Below are positions 1-10,324 of a stretch of DNA of 23,570 nt, in pieces (the first letter of the stretch is position 1; every line of letters begins with the position of its first letter). The DNA lies in contig NW_021836799.1 of assembly GCF_006345805.1 (NCBI RefSeq), forward strand, positions 1 to 23,570, read 5' to 3'. Source of the stretch: Octopus sinensis (Eukaryota). The notes beneath the pieces were generated by a model. That model did not search any database. It was not told where the DNA came from and saw nothing but the letters and a program-made list of their open reading frames with translations. A program made the position numbers and the translations under genes.

Positions 1-65
1 TATATATATACATACACGTGTGTGTATATATATTATGTATGTGTGTGTACATATTCATATATACA

Positions 66-287
66 TCTTTTTTATCTTTTATCTACCTTTGTTTGTTTCA
101 GACATTAGACTGTGGCCCGCCTTGAAGAATTTTTGATCGATGAATCGACCCTACTCGTTTTTTTTTATTTTAAGCCTGGTACTTATACCATCGGTCGCTT
201 TGGCTGATCTGCTAAGTTACGGGGATGTGAACACACTAACGCTGGTTGTCAAGCGGTGTTGGGATGGACAAAAACAGACACAAAAAC
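66..287 (-). mobile_element. SINE family A 3' half (diverged)
   Basis: Reverse complement of the family A 3' module (TAAGTTACGGGGA, GGTTGTCAAGCG, GGACAAAAACAGACACA). Confidence 0.8.
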
Positions 288-298
288 GCGTGCGCAAA

Positions 299-302
<4 letters not shown>

Positions 303-340
<38 letters not shown>

Positions 341-412
341 ATGTCTGTCTGTCTGTCTGTCTGTCTGACTGTCTGTCTGTCTGACTGTCTGTCTATCTGT
401 CTGTCTGTATGT
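303..412. repeat. (TA)n followed by (TCTG)n microsatellite
   Basis: Seen directly. Confidence 0.95.
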
Positions 413-504
413 CTATCCATCCATTTATATATCACTCTGTCTGGCTTACATGACTGTCTTTTTATTCATATCTTTACGTATCTGTCAATCTGTTTGTCTG
501 ATGA

Positions 505-629
505 ATCGATGAATCGAACCTACTACTTTTCTTTAAAGACTGATACATATTTCATAGGTTGCTTTGGCCGATCTGGTAAGTTACGGGGACGTGAACACAC
601 CAGCGCCGGTTGTCAAGCGGTGTCGGGAT
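505..629 (-). mobile_element. SINE family A internal fragment
   Basis: Similar to 136-266 (ATCGATGAATCGA..TAAGTTACGGGGACGTGAACACAC..GTTGTCAAGCGGTGT). Confidence 0.75.
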
Positions 630-654
630 TTCTTTAAGAAATCACTTCTTTAAT

Positions 655-758
655 TATATATATGTACTATGTATGTATGTATGTATGTATGTATGTATGT
701 ATGTATGTATGTATGTTTGTATGTATGTATGTATGTATGTATATATATGTGTGTGTGT

Positions 759-790
<32 letters not shown>
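655..790. repeat. (TATG)n and (TG)n compound microsatellite
   Basis: Seen directly. Confidence 0.95.
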
Positions 791-791
<1 letters not shown>

Positions 792-1190
792 TTATTTTGA
801 TTAAAAGGTAGGCTACGGATCGCCGGTTCTCTCCCAAGTGTACAGTGGCTGCCACAACGCCGATCCCTCTGGGAACTTGGATCCTAATAGATTATCAATT
901 GGAGTATGTATTTATGTATGTATATAGGTATTAATGTATATATAATTGTATGTGTGTATGTATGTATTTATGTATGTGTGTATTTGTTTTTACGTTCAGT
1001 TATAGTAAAAAAATTTACTTTAATCTGATGGGTTACTCTATACATTTGTAGAGTATGAATTTAACACGAATGTTTTTGACAGTGACTTCGAAATATCGGC
1101 CTGTTAAGTTATTGTTGGACTGTCGACGATGGCTTAATTGACCGAAACTATACATACATACAAACAAACAAACAAAAAAACGATAAAAGT

Positions 1191-1489
1191 CGCCCTATTC
1201 AAGCCTAGCCAAGCTCATGGGCCCAGTTTCCCGGTTTCTGTGGCATATGTGTTCGCCCCAGCCAGACGGGACGCCAGTCCATCGCAGCGAGAGAGAGAGA
1301 GAGAGAGAGAGAAAGAAAGCTGTGGCGAAAGAGTATAATAGGGGTTGCCACCACCCCTTGCCGGAGCACCGTGGAGCTTTTAGGTGTTTTCGCTCAATAA
1401 ACACACTAAAACGCCCGCTCTGGGAATCGAAACCGCGATCCTCCGACCGCGAGTCCGCTGCCCTGACCACTGGGCCATTGCACCTCCAC
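1191..1489 (-). mobile_element. SINE family D: tRNA-derived head with an internal (CT)n
   Basis: Minus strand has A-box TGGCCCAGTGG and B-box GGTTTCGATTCC. The body continues about 230 nt past the tRNA-like part and includes GCGATGGACTGGCGTCCCGTC, a motif resembling conserved domains of other metazoan SINEs. It is flanked by (CATA)n and (CAAA)n. Confidence 0.8.
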
Positions 1490-1616
1490 ATACATACATA
1501 CATACATACATACATACATACATACAATACATACATACATATATAATTCTCTCTCTGTTTTTATATGTGTGTGCGTGCGTGTGTGTAAATATATGTATAT
1601 ATGTATATATATATAC

Positions 1617-1800
1617 TTTTTTTACTTGTTTCAGTCATTTGACTGTGGTCGAGCAAATCGACCCCAAAGCTTATTCTTTGTAAGCCTAGTACTTATTCTA
1701 TCGGTGTCTTTTGCTGAACCGCTAAATTACGGAGACCTAAACACGCCAGTATCTGTTGTCAAACTATGTTGGGGGGGGGGACAAACACAGACACACAAAG
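1617..1800 (-). mobile_element. SINE family A 3' half
   Basis: TTTTACTTGTTTCAGTCATTTGACTG..GTCGAGCAAATCGACCCC..GGACAAACACAGACACACAAA is the reverse complement of the family A 3' module. Confidence 0.85.
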
Positions 1801-1822
1801 ATATACGCACATACAAACATAA

Positions 1823-1874
<52 letters not shown>

Positions 1875-1875
1875 A

Positions 1876-2073
1876 TGTTTGTGTGTCTGTGTTTGTCCCC
1901 CTAGCTTGACAACCGATGCTGGTGTGTTTATGTCCCCGTCACTTAGCGGTTCAGCAAAAGAGACCAATAGAATAAGTACTGGGCTTACAAAGAATAAGTC
2001 CCGGGATCAAGTTGCTCGACTAAAGGCGGTGCTCCAGCATGGCCGCAGTCAACTGACTGAAACAAGTAAAAGA

Positions 2074-2074
<1 letters not shown>
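1876..2074 (+). mobile_element. SINE family A 3' half, opposite orientation, nested in the minus-strand copy
   Basis: Near-identical to 8101-8303 and lies between the two halves of a minus-strand copy. Confidence 0.87.
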
Positions 2075-2167
<93 letters not shown>

Positions 2168-2204
2168 AGATAGATAGATATATAGATATACAGATAATAT
2201 ATAT
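2075..2204. repeat. (TA)n / (TAGA)n microsatellite
   Basis: Seen directly. Confidence 0.95.
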
Positions 2205-2346
2205 GACAGGCTTCTTCAGTTTCTGTCTACCAAATCCACTCACGAGGCTTTGGCCGGCCCGAGGCTATAGTAGGTGCCTGTCCAATGTGCCTCGCAGTGG
2301 GACTGTGGTTAAGCAAGCTACTTACCACACAGCCACTCCTGTGTCT
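2205..2346 (-). mobile_element. SINE family A 5' half (tRNA-like head)
   Basis: Reverse complement matches 19470-19632 (CAGGAGTGGCTGTGTGGTAAGTAGCTTGCTT..TGAGTGGATTTGGTAGACAGAAACTGAAGAAGCC). Confidence 0.83.
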
Positions 2347-2632
2347 CCCACACAGCCACTCATATATGTTATATATCTATGATATATATAATATATAATA
2401 TATGCATACATATATATATACATGTGTATATGTGTGTGCGGGTGTTTTTGTCTATCTCCATTTATGGATATAGATACATGTATACATTTGCATATGCATA
2501 CATGTAAATGTATATATACATATATATATAAGTATATATATGCATATATATATAGATAACTTAGATAACTTAGATATGTTTCGACCATGTCTAACTTAAT
2601 AGCACCACCTGATAGGATTATTCGAATCCTGT

Positions 2633-4216
2633 TTAAGTCAAGTTTTGTTCAAGTAGTGAGTTCTTGTTGGGTGAGTTGTATCCAATTATGGGTGGCTTAT
2701 CTGGTATTCTTTGAAGGAATCTATCCAGACTCCGTTTAAAGTTGATGGGATCCTTTTCCTCTTTGATCTCCCTCGGGACAATGTTAAATAGGGCAGGGCC
2801 TGTTGAGGAAAAGAAATTATGTTGCAGTGTACATGTATGTTGTGATCTTGAATTGGTCAGGGGACGTATGGCCCGTGGTCCCAGTCTTGGATGAACCTTG
2901 AAGCTAATGTTAAGGTCGTTTGGGCAAAGTTGGCGGTATATTCTCCACATCGTACAAATGATGTACCGCTCACGGTGACGCTGGAGGGAGTAAAGTTTCA
3001 ATGCTTTAAGGTGATCCCAATAATCGAGAGCAGCCATGACTTCAATTCGTTTAGTGAATGCCCTCTGGGGTGACTCAATCCTGGAGATGTTTTGTCTTGT
3101 ATGGGGAGACCACAGTGGGCAGCAGTATTCAAGGTGTGGCCGTACAAAGGAGGAGAAAAGTGGTATGATGACACCTTGTTCTCTGGACCGGAAAGTTCTT
3201 AAGATCCTGGAACTCATCCTACGAGCTATATCGACCTTCTTGTTGATGTGTGCACTCCAACTGAGATCGTCATCAACAATTACACCCAGGTCTCTGATAT
3301 TGTTGGAGGCTGTGAGCGGTTCCCCTGAAGGAAGAGAGTATGGTTGTTTTAGTAAGGAATTTCTTCCAAAATGCATCAGCTCAAATTTTCCCTCATTCAG
3401 TTGCATTTTGTTTCTGTCTGCCCATTGACTCACAGCATATAGATCAGACTGGAGTTGAGTTCGGTCTGCTTCTTCATTGACGATTTGCTGGAGCTTAGTG
3501 TCATCAGCAAATATTTTCACTTTGCAGTAATGTACGACACTGGAAAGGTCGTTTATGTAAATTATGAAGAGTAGCGGACCCAAAACAGTCCCCTGGGGAA
3601 CACCGCTGGTGACTTTTGCTGGGCTTGAGTGGACTCCATCAACTACAACATGAGTTCTATTCGCCAGGGAATACTTAATCCAGTGTAGAACTTTTCCACG
3701 GATTCCAACATTTGCCAATTTTGAGAGTAGGATATTATGGTCTACCCTGTCGAACGCTTTACTGAAGTCAAGATATATGACGTCAGATTTCGAGCCTGTT
3801 CCCAAGCCTTTGAGTACATCTTCAATGTGGTGTAAGAGCTGTGTTAGACAGTCCCTGCCACAGCGGAAGCCATGCTGATTTGCATTTAGGAGTTTGTGGG
3901 TCTCCAGGAAGTCAGCCATCCTTGATTTTAACACTCTTTCAAACACTTTAATGATGTGGGAGGTGAGTGAGATTGGGCGATAGTTAACTGCGAGTGATCT
4001 GTTTCCCTGTTTGAAAACCGGGATGACCGACTGGGATAGGAACTGTTTCGGTATATAACCTGCGTCTGACGAATTTCTCCAGAGGTTGGTCAGAGGGACT
4101 GCAAGTTGGTGTCTACATTCCTTCAGGAGACTAGCGGAGAATCTATCAGGGCCTACAGCAGAGTAGTATTTGACCTCATTTATTGCTACTACGATGTCAG
4201 TGGCAGTGAAGGTTAT
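2633..4216 (-). pseudogene. LINE ORF2 segment 3: reverse transcriptase and C-terminal domain
   Basis: Motifs YRPISLTS, NQHGFR, YLDFSKAFDRVDH, SGVPQGTVLGPLLFIIYIND, catalytic IFADDTK and RDLGVIVD. Open to the TAA stop at 2633. Confidence 0.95.
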
Positions 4217-4619
4217 TTTCTGAGATTTTGTGTTGGGAGTCAACTTCGTTCGTTTCTCTTACGTCAATATCAGTGGGGACACTAAAGACAGAGCAGTATT
4301 GTTTCTGCAGTATTTCTGCCATTTCTTTAGTATCGTGTTGGGGAATGCCGTTATCATCAATCAATGGCCCAATGGGTGAGACAGTGGTTCTATGTTTATT
4401 TGCATAAGAATAGAACACTCTTGGGTTCTGTTTGATGTTTTTGATTACCCACTGTTCCTCCACAACTCTTTGATTTTCAATAGAGGTTTTCATGTCGGAC
4501 TGCAGATGAAGTTTTTCCAGCTCTAGTCTTTTCATTGTTGTTGAATGTGGATGTTGTGTGTGGGAATATTTTGGTTGGTTGATTTTTTTGTTGAGTCTTT
4601 TGATGCGCCTGATGAGTGT
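4217..4619 (-). pseudogene. LINE ORF2 segment 2: linker between endonuclease and RT
   Basis: IKQNPRVFYSYANK...IGPLIDDNG...EMAEILQKQYCSVFS is the typical CR1-group pre-RT linker. It lies in a different frame from both neighbouring segments. Confidence 0.88.
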
Positions 4620-5616
4620 TTTTTTTTTTCTTTTTAGGGAGCCGGTTTCTGTTTGTGTTAGTAGATTTCGTGGGAGCGTGTTTAGAGCATGTATAGGTGA
4701 CAATGTTTTCAAAGTGCTGCCACGCGGTCTCAATATGAGAGGAATTGAGAGTAAAAGACCAGTCGATGTAAGACAGATCCTTTCTGATTGCTCCCCAGTC
4801 CGCTTTGTGGAAGTTTATGTTGTCAAATGGGTGCCATGGAGTGGGATTGGCTGGTTTGGTTTTTATATGTCGGGAATTCAAATTGCAGAGTACCATGTCG
4901 TGGTCTGAGAGGAGAGTTTTTTCGACTGAAATACTGTGAACGTAGCTAGAGTTATTGGTCAATACCAGATCCAAGATCGTTTTATTCTGCCTCGTTTGTT
5001 CGAGCACTACCTGAGTCAGGAAGTACTCATCCATCAGATTAAAGAGCAGTTCTGCTGCTGCTCTATCTGATGTAGAGCACTTGCCTAACTTCAGAGTATT
5101 TGTGGGCCAGTTCACATGAGGGAGGTTAAAATCACCCATCACTAGTATGTTTCCGGAGTGGTACTTCCGAAGGAAGGACTTGACTTTGCTAAGGCACTCT
5201 TCAAAGCACTTTAGAGGTGCCTGGGTAGGCCTGTAAAGACCAACAATGATTATGTCCTTGGCTTTGCTGAATAGTGATACCGATTCACAGTAGCCATTGG
5301 AAAATATGTCCTTGGCATCAAGTGAAAAGGAGTTGTGGATAAAGATGGCTGTCCCTCCCTTATTTCGGTCTGTGCGATCCGCACGAACAATGGTGAAATC
5401 TTTTATTTTCACCTCTGCGTCCATATGGGTGTTGTTCAGGTGAGTCTCGGTAAGGACAAAGAAAGGGAAGCAATGTGCCATTTCGGCAAGCCAACTCTCT
5501 ATATATGGGATCTTCCATTTTTGGGCAATAATTGATGGGTCGATGCCACGTATATTTAACAGGACTGTCGAGGTAAGGGGAGTTGGTAATGGGTGAGTGG
5601 TCCTTGTGATTTGCAT
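4620..5616 (-). pseudogene. LINE ORF2 segment 1: apurinic-like (EEP) endonuclease domain
   Basis: Motifs LLNIRG, VLTETHL, RADR..KGGTAIFI, VGLYRP, ILVMGDFNLP, LDLVLTN and SDHDMV, then the FHKADW linker. The frame breaks at an A11 run (plus-strand T11, 4619-4629). Confidence 0.92.
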
Positions 5617-5790
5617 AGGTGGTTGGTGATAGCTCGCTGGATCTCCTGGCTTAGGTCGGCCTTCATATTTTCTAGGTATGTCAGTAAAAAAGAGTTACTT
5701 GTTTGGTTTGCCACTTGGTCAGAGAATACATATTTCATGTTGGCGTTATTTGGTGTTTTTTCATGGTTCTGTCAACGGGTTTTGTGTATA
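5556..5790 (-). pseudogene. Probable C-terminal remnant of LINE ORF1 overlapping the ORF2 start
   Basis: Short helical-looking frame (SNSFLLTYLENMKADLSQEIQRAI) ending just inside the ORF2 start. Upstream it runs into a TA microsatellite. Assigned mainly by position. Confidence 0.45.
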
Positions 5791-5940
5791 TATTTATGCA
5801 TGAGTGTATATATACTATATATATATATATATTAATATACATACATTATATATTATGTATATATGTACATGTGTTTTTGTGTAATATATGTAATATATAT
5901 ATTATATATATATATATATAATATATACCTGTATATATAT

Positions 5941-5972
<32 letters not shown>

Positions 5973-6041
5973 ATGTCCACACACACACACACACAAACGT
6001 AATATCTGCATTCAGAGTAGAGAGGGAGGGTGAGAGAGGGA

Positions 6042-6087
<46 letters not shown>
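5790..6087. repeat. TA-rich tract, (CA)n and (GA)n
   Basis: Seen directly. Confidence 0.95.
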
Positions 6088-6091
<4 letters not shown>

Positions 6092-6199
6092 GGGACTGAG
6101 AGGACAGATGGAATCCACCAAATGTAGGAAGAAAAAAAGTAAGGAAGACAAAGAAAGAAGTAAAATTGCCCTTGAGAATTAACAAAGCCGTCTGTTGAG

Positions 6200-6500
6200 T
6201 TCGGATGTTGAAAGATCAACCAATCAGCTGCGACGCTCTGCTTGGTGTGCGGAAATCCTTGTTGTTTGGAGTCGCGTTGGAAGCCTGGCGAGTACCTTTG
6301 TCGTCTGGTTTCCCTCCAGTCAGAAACGTTTTACGTGTTAGTCTCTAATTCCCTTTCCCCCTTTTATTCCAAGCGCCCGTCTTTATCCATTACTCCAGCA
6401 ATATTTTCACACACCAGCCAGTTTTTTTTTTTTTTTTTATTTATTATAATATTTTAATCATCTGTGCCCCTTCCACCACTCACGTCACTCACGTAAGCAC
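6200..6500. promoter_or_regulatory. Candidate promoter or cis-regulatory island
   Basis: Non-repetitive and relatively CpG-rich. Has an NF-Y-type AACCAATCAG (6218-6227) overlapping E-box CAGCTG, a tandem CACTCACGT x2 (~6477-6494), and an upstream (GA)n. Motif evidence only. Confidence 0.25.
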
Positions 6501-6537
6501 CACTGCTGATGTTTCCATCTATTAGCATTCTCATCAA

Positions 6538-6722
6538 CCATCCCACTACCACCACCACCAACACCACCACCACCACCACCACCTCGACTACCTCCACTAC
6601 CTCTAAGAATATCGTCAACTACAAAACAACAACAATAACAATAACAACACTAGCCTCGCAACCTTGCAAAACAACATCACTGTCATCACCATCAACAAAG
6701 CCATAATGCCGTCATTATCACC
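6538..6722. repeat. Degenerate (ACC)n/(ACA)n/(TCA)n trinucleotide tract
   Basis: Seen directly. Confidence 0.85.
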
Positions 6723-6776
6723 CCCATGCTCTATACCGTACCCTTAACACAACCCCAGACATCCATCATACAAGCT

Positions 6777-6861
6777 ATATGTATGTGTGTGTGCGCGCGA
6801 TGTGTGTACATATATGTGTACACGTGTGTATATATATATATGTGTGTGTGTATGTGTATAT

Positions 6862-6911
<50 letters not shown>

Positions 6912-6993
6912 GTATATGTATATATCAATATATATATATACTATATATACATATATATATATATGTATATATCTATATATATCATATATAAGA

Positions 6994-7025
<32 letters not shown>

Positions 7026-7100
7026 CTATATATATATATAATATATATATAATATATATATACGCATATACGGCTGTATATGTATATGTATATACATACA
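6777..7100. repeat. Long TA/TG compound microsatellite
   Basis: Seen directly. Confidence 0.95.
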
Positions 7101-7731
7101 CGCGGTATAACCATAAATAATAACAGTAGCATGCTGAAAAATGTGAAAACATAGACATCACCATGACAACGATACCTCTCCACTACCATAGCAACGTTTT
7201 CACAGACTTACAACGCCACCACATCTATCATGAGTATTTGTCTCCGGTTAAAAACTTGGTCTGTTCCACAAAGAGAGCAGGCTTTCCCCAGCAGCCGCTG
7301 CCAACTGTCTGGAGAGGGGCACACAAAGCGGAAACTAAACAAACCGAATATCCGATGGGAGGTTATGATGCGTTAAATAAAAACCCTGGCCTAAGAAGAA
7401 TGAAAGCATTGTTATTTATATATATTATTTATTCGTTTATTTATTTATTATATTTATTGTTGTTGTTGTTGTTGCTGTTGTTGTTGTTATGTTGCTTTTT
7501 GCTATTGTCATAATTTATATTGCTGCCTGTCGTGGTAAATGCTTTGTTAAAAATGTGAATGATGTTTTTCAAAATATAGACACATGTACAGACGCAAACA
7601 TACGTCATATACACGTATATACACACGTACATGCATCGGTACATACACTTAAATCATTGTCTTTGTACTTGACCAAGGCTATCTCTAAAAATGGATAGCA
7701 TCAACACTTTCCAGGTTCTAATGGGTGCTCA

Positions 7732-7747
7732 CTCTCTTTCTCTGTCT

Positions 7748-7823
<76 letters not shown>

Positions 7824-7826
7824 CTC
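7732..7826. repeat. (CT)n followed by (CTAT)n
   Basis: Seen directly. Confidence 0.95.
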
Positions 7827-7974
7827 AATTTCATACACACACACACGCAATTATTTACTTACAATCACACACACACGTGTATACACACAATGCGCTTAAA
7901 CAGATACACGTACTCACACACCTGCACATACATACACACATTCACAAACGCAGCCACCTTCGTATACTCTATCA

Positions 7975-8312
7975 CACATGGTTCCGGTTTCAGTCCCACT
8001 ATAGCCGCGGGCCGACCAAAGCCTTGTCAGTAGATTTGGTAAACGGAAACTGAAAGAAGCCGTCGTATATATTATGTATGTATGTATGTGTGTGTGCATA
8101 TGTTTGTGTGTCTGTGTTTGTCCCCTCAACATCGCTTGACAACTGATGCTGGCGTGTTTACGTCCCCGTAACTTAGCGGTTCGGCAAAAGAGACCGATAG
8201 AATAAGTACTGGGCTTACAAAGAATAAGTCCCTGGGTCGATTTGCTCGACTAAAGGCGGTGCTCCAGCATGGCCGCAGTCAAATGACTGAAACAAGTAAA
8301 GAGAAAGAGAAA
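7975..8312 (+). mobile_element. SINE family A copy with a truncated head and internal deletion
   Basis: Aligns by eye to 19512-19878. It lacks the segment between CCCACT and ATAG (the CORE-like part), with ACT microhomology at the junction. Confidence 0.88.
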
Positions 8313-8329
8313 TAGTATATATATATATA

Positions 8330-8414
<85 letters not shown>

Positions 8415-8418
<4 letters not shown>

Positions 8419-8530
8419 AGTACTAGGTACAAGGCATAAGTCCTAGGGTTGATTTGCTCGACTAAAGGTGGTGCTCCAGCGTGGCCACAGTCAAAGACTG
8501 AAACAAGTAAAAGATTAAAGAGTAAAGAGA
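8415..8530 (+). mobile_element. SINE family A 3' fragment
   Basis: AATAAGTACTAGG..GATTTGCTCGACTAAAGGTGGTGCTCCAGC..GACTGAAACAAGTAAAAGA directly after a (TA)n tract. Confidence 0.85.
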
Positions 8531-9302
8531 ACAGGCGCAAGATTTCTTAGGCATTATTTCATATCTCTTTATGTTAAATCAACATCTGATATCTACATTT
8601 GTATTTTACAGTTCATCAAACCAGTTCCTACGTGATCGCTAGATTAATTAGGAATTATTGTCAAGTTTCCTTCATATAGCACTTAGCTGCACTGGGAAAA
8701 AAATATGACAGGGAATAACATAGATAAACTACGTCTGAAAAAATCAGATAGCAATAGAAAGGTCTTTTGATTGTCGATTTTCTCGATCATGGCTAACCTG
8801 AAACGAAACAATAACAATGTATTTTTATATGTATTAGCAGCTTTTCAATGAAAGCAATTCAGGGATTGTTCTCCCCTGAGAATGAGACTTAAATTCTCTT
8901 TGCAATTAATTCTTAATTGCTTGATAATTATCTCCCTTGTTTTTCAGAGTCCCGAACACTCAGCCTGCAGATTCTTGCTTTCTCCAACTTACAGGAAAGT
9001 TTCGGTTCATTTAGAATTTTTCACACGAAAGTATTGAATAAGAAACATGCATTCATTCACTCGCAGTGGATATTATCTTCGAAAATTTTGTCAAGTGCCT
9101 CATAGGTGATCGCACCCAGCGCCCTATCATAGCAAAACAGAGGAAAATTTGTTAAAAACTCTTAACCTTGGCAGCAGGTTATTCGGAAATTCTAGAGAAT
9201 TAGGAGGCAAGAGTGGGTTTTGTTCTGTACTAACTTTACCCTATTGCTTTTATTACCGAGTCCTCACACGTCTTCATAGGTGAGTCAAAATTACGTGCTG
9301 AG

Positions 9303-9613
9303 AACCCCTTCGGTCATGACTGACCATGGGATTGCACCTAGAAAGTTACTCTCCCAGGCACAAGTCCGGGCAAGGTTGTTTTATGGAAGACCAGCAGTCA
9401 CCCATGCATATCGGCCTCCCCTCTCCACGCCACCAGTGTTATCCAAGGGAAAGGCAAAGGCCGTTTCAGTGACGTGGCAACACATTTCTACAGCTGAGTG
9501 AACTGGAGTAACATGAAATAAAGTGTCTTGCTCAAGAACACAACACGGAGCCCGGTCCGGGATTCGAACTCACGACCTCACGATGAACTAACCACTGAGC
9601 CATGCGCCTTCAC
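9303..9613 (-). mobile_element. SINE family C: tRNA head plus CORE-like domain
   Basis: Minus strand has A-box TGGCTCAGTGG and B-box GTTCGAATCC, then TTGAGCAAGACACTTTATTTC..CTCCAGTTCACTCAGCTGTAGAAATG (CORE-like) and a unique GC-richer 3' part. Confidence 0.8.
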
Positions 9614-9644
9614 AAAATTATCTATGCACATGTAAATATATATA

Positions 9645-9872
9645 TTTCTTTACGATCCACAAGGGCTAAACATAGAGGGGACAAACAAGGACAGACAAAG
9701 GGATTAAGTCAATTACATCGACCCAGTACGAAACTGGTACTTTATTTATCGACCGCGGGAGGATGAAAGACAAAGTCGACCTCGGCGGAATTTGAACTCA
9801 GAACGTATCGACAGACGAAATACCGCTAAGCATTTCACCCGACGCGCTAACGTTTCTGCCAGCTCGCCGCCT
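9645..9872 (-). mobile_element. SINE family B, full-length, tail type 1
   Basis: Minus strand reads GGCGGCGAGCTGGCAGAAACGTTAGC (A-box-like), GAGTTCAAATTCC (B-box-like), the central TTTCATCC..GGTCGATAAATAAAGTACCAG domain, and tail CCCTTTGTCTGTCCTTGTTTGTCCCCTC. Confidence 0.85.
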
Positions 9873-10264
9873 CATGTATATATATATGTGTGTGTGTGTG
9901 CGTATGCACACACACATATTATGTAAGTATATGTATACTTACGTATGTATAATATATACATACACACGCGCACACATACACACACATATGTATGTTTTAT
10001 GTATGTATGTATAAACATGCCTCGATAGTAATGGCGCAAAACCACTATGATATTTTGAGTAATAGATTAACAAGGAAAACTAAGCAGCGAATATTCCGTG
10101 TTTCGTATCTTTATCTAAATTTCCCGTCCGTTAAGTTTTCGTCTAGTTTCCCGCTTGCTCTCCTTTTGTCTAACTTTTTCTCCTTGTTTTGTTCTTTCTG
10201 TTCAACCCTTGATACATCCATGTAGCGCAATACACGCACACTCTGTTCGTTTATATATACATGC

Positions 10265-10324
<60 letters not shown>

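Larger units (their letters stand above)
2553..5790 (-). mobile_element. Non-LTR retrotransposon (LINE, CR1/L2 group), 5'-truncated, ORF2 nearly intact
   Basis: An APE endonuclease, linker and RT are colinear on the minus strand. They are followed by a short 3' UTR with a stem-loop (AGGATT-5nt-AATCCT, 2614-2630) and a terminal tandem repeat, plus-strand TAGATAACT x2 + TAGATA (2553-2576). TA-rich microsatellite flanks both ends. Clade inferred from motifs such as PHLEYCCPLWSPH and LYSLQRHRERY. Confidence 0.93.

Noticed and set aside
1415-1489. tRNA gene
   Set aside because: A and B boxes are present, but there is no clean acceptor stem or terminator and the sequence continues as a SINE body.
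140-2588. Numerous 60-165 aa ORFs (YIYI, VCVC, MYVC, THTH types)
   Set aside because: Translations of microsatellites and SINE bodies with no domain signal.
2891-5835. Plus-strand ORFs over the LINE
   Set aside because: Antisense shadows of ORF2.
9545-9613. tRNA gene
   Set aside because: The anticodon arm is partly deleted and it is followed by a CORE-like SINE domain.
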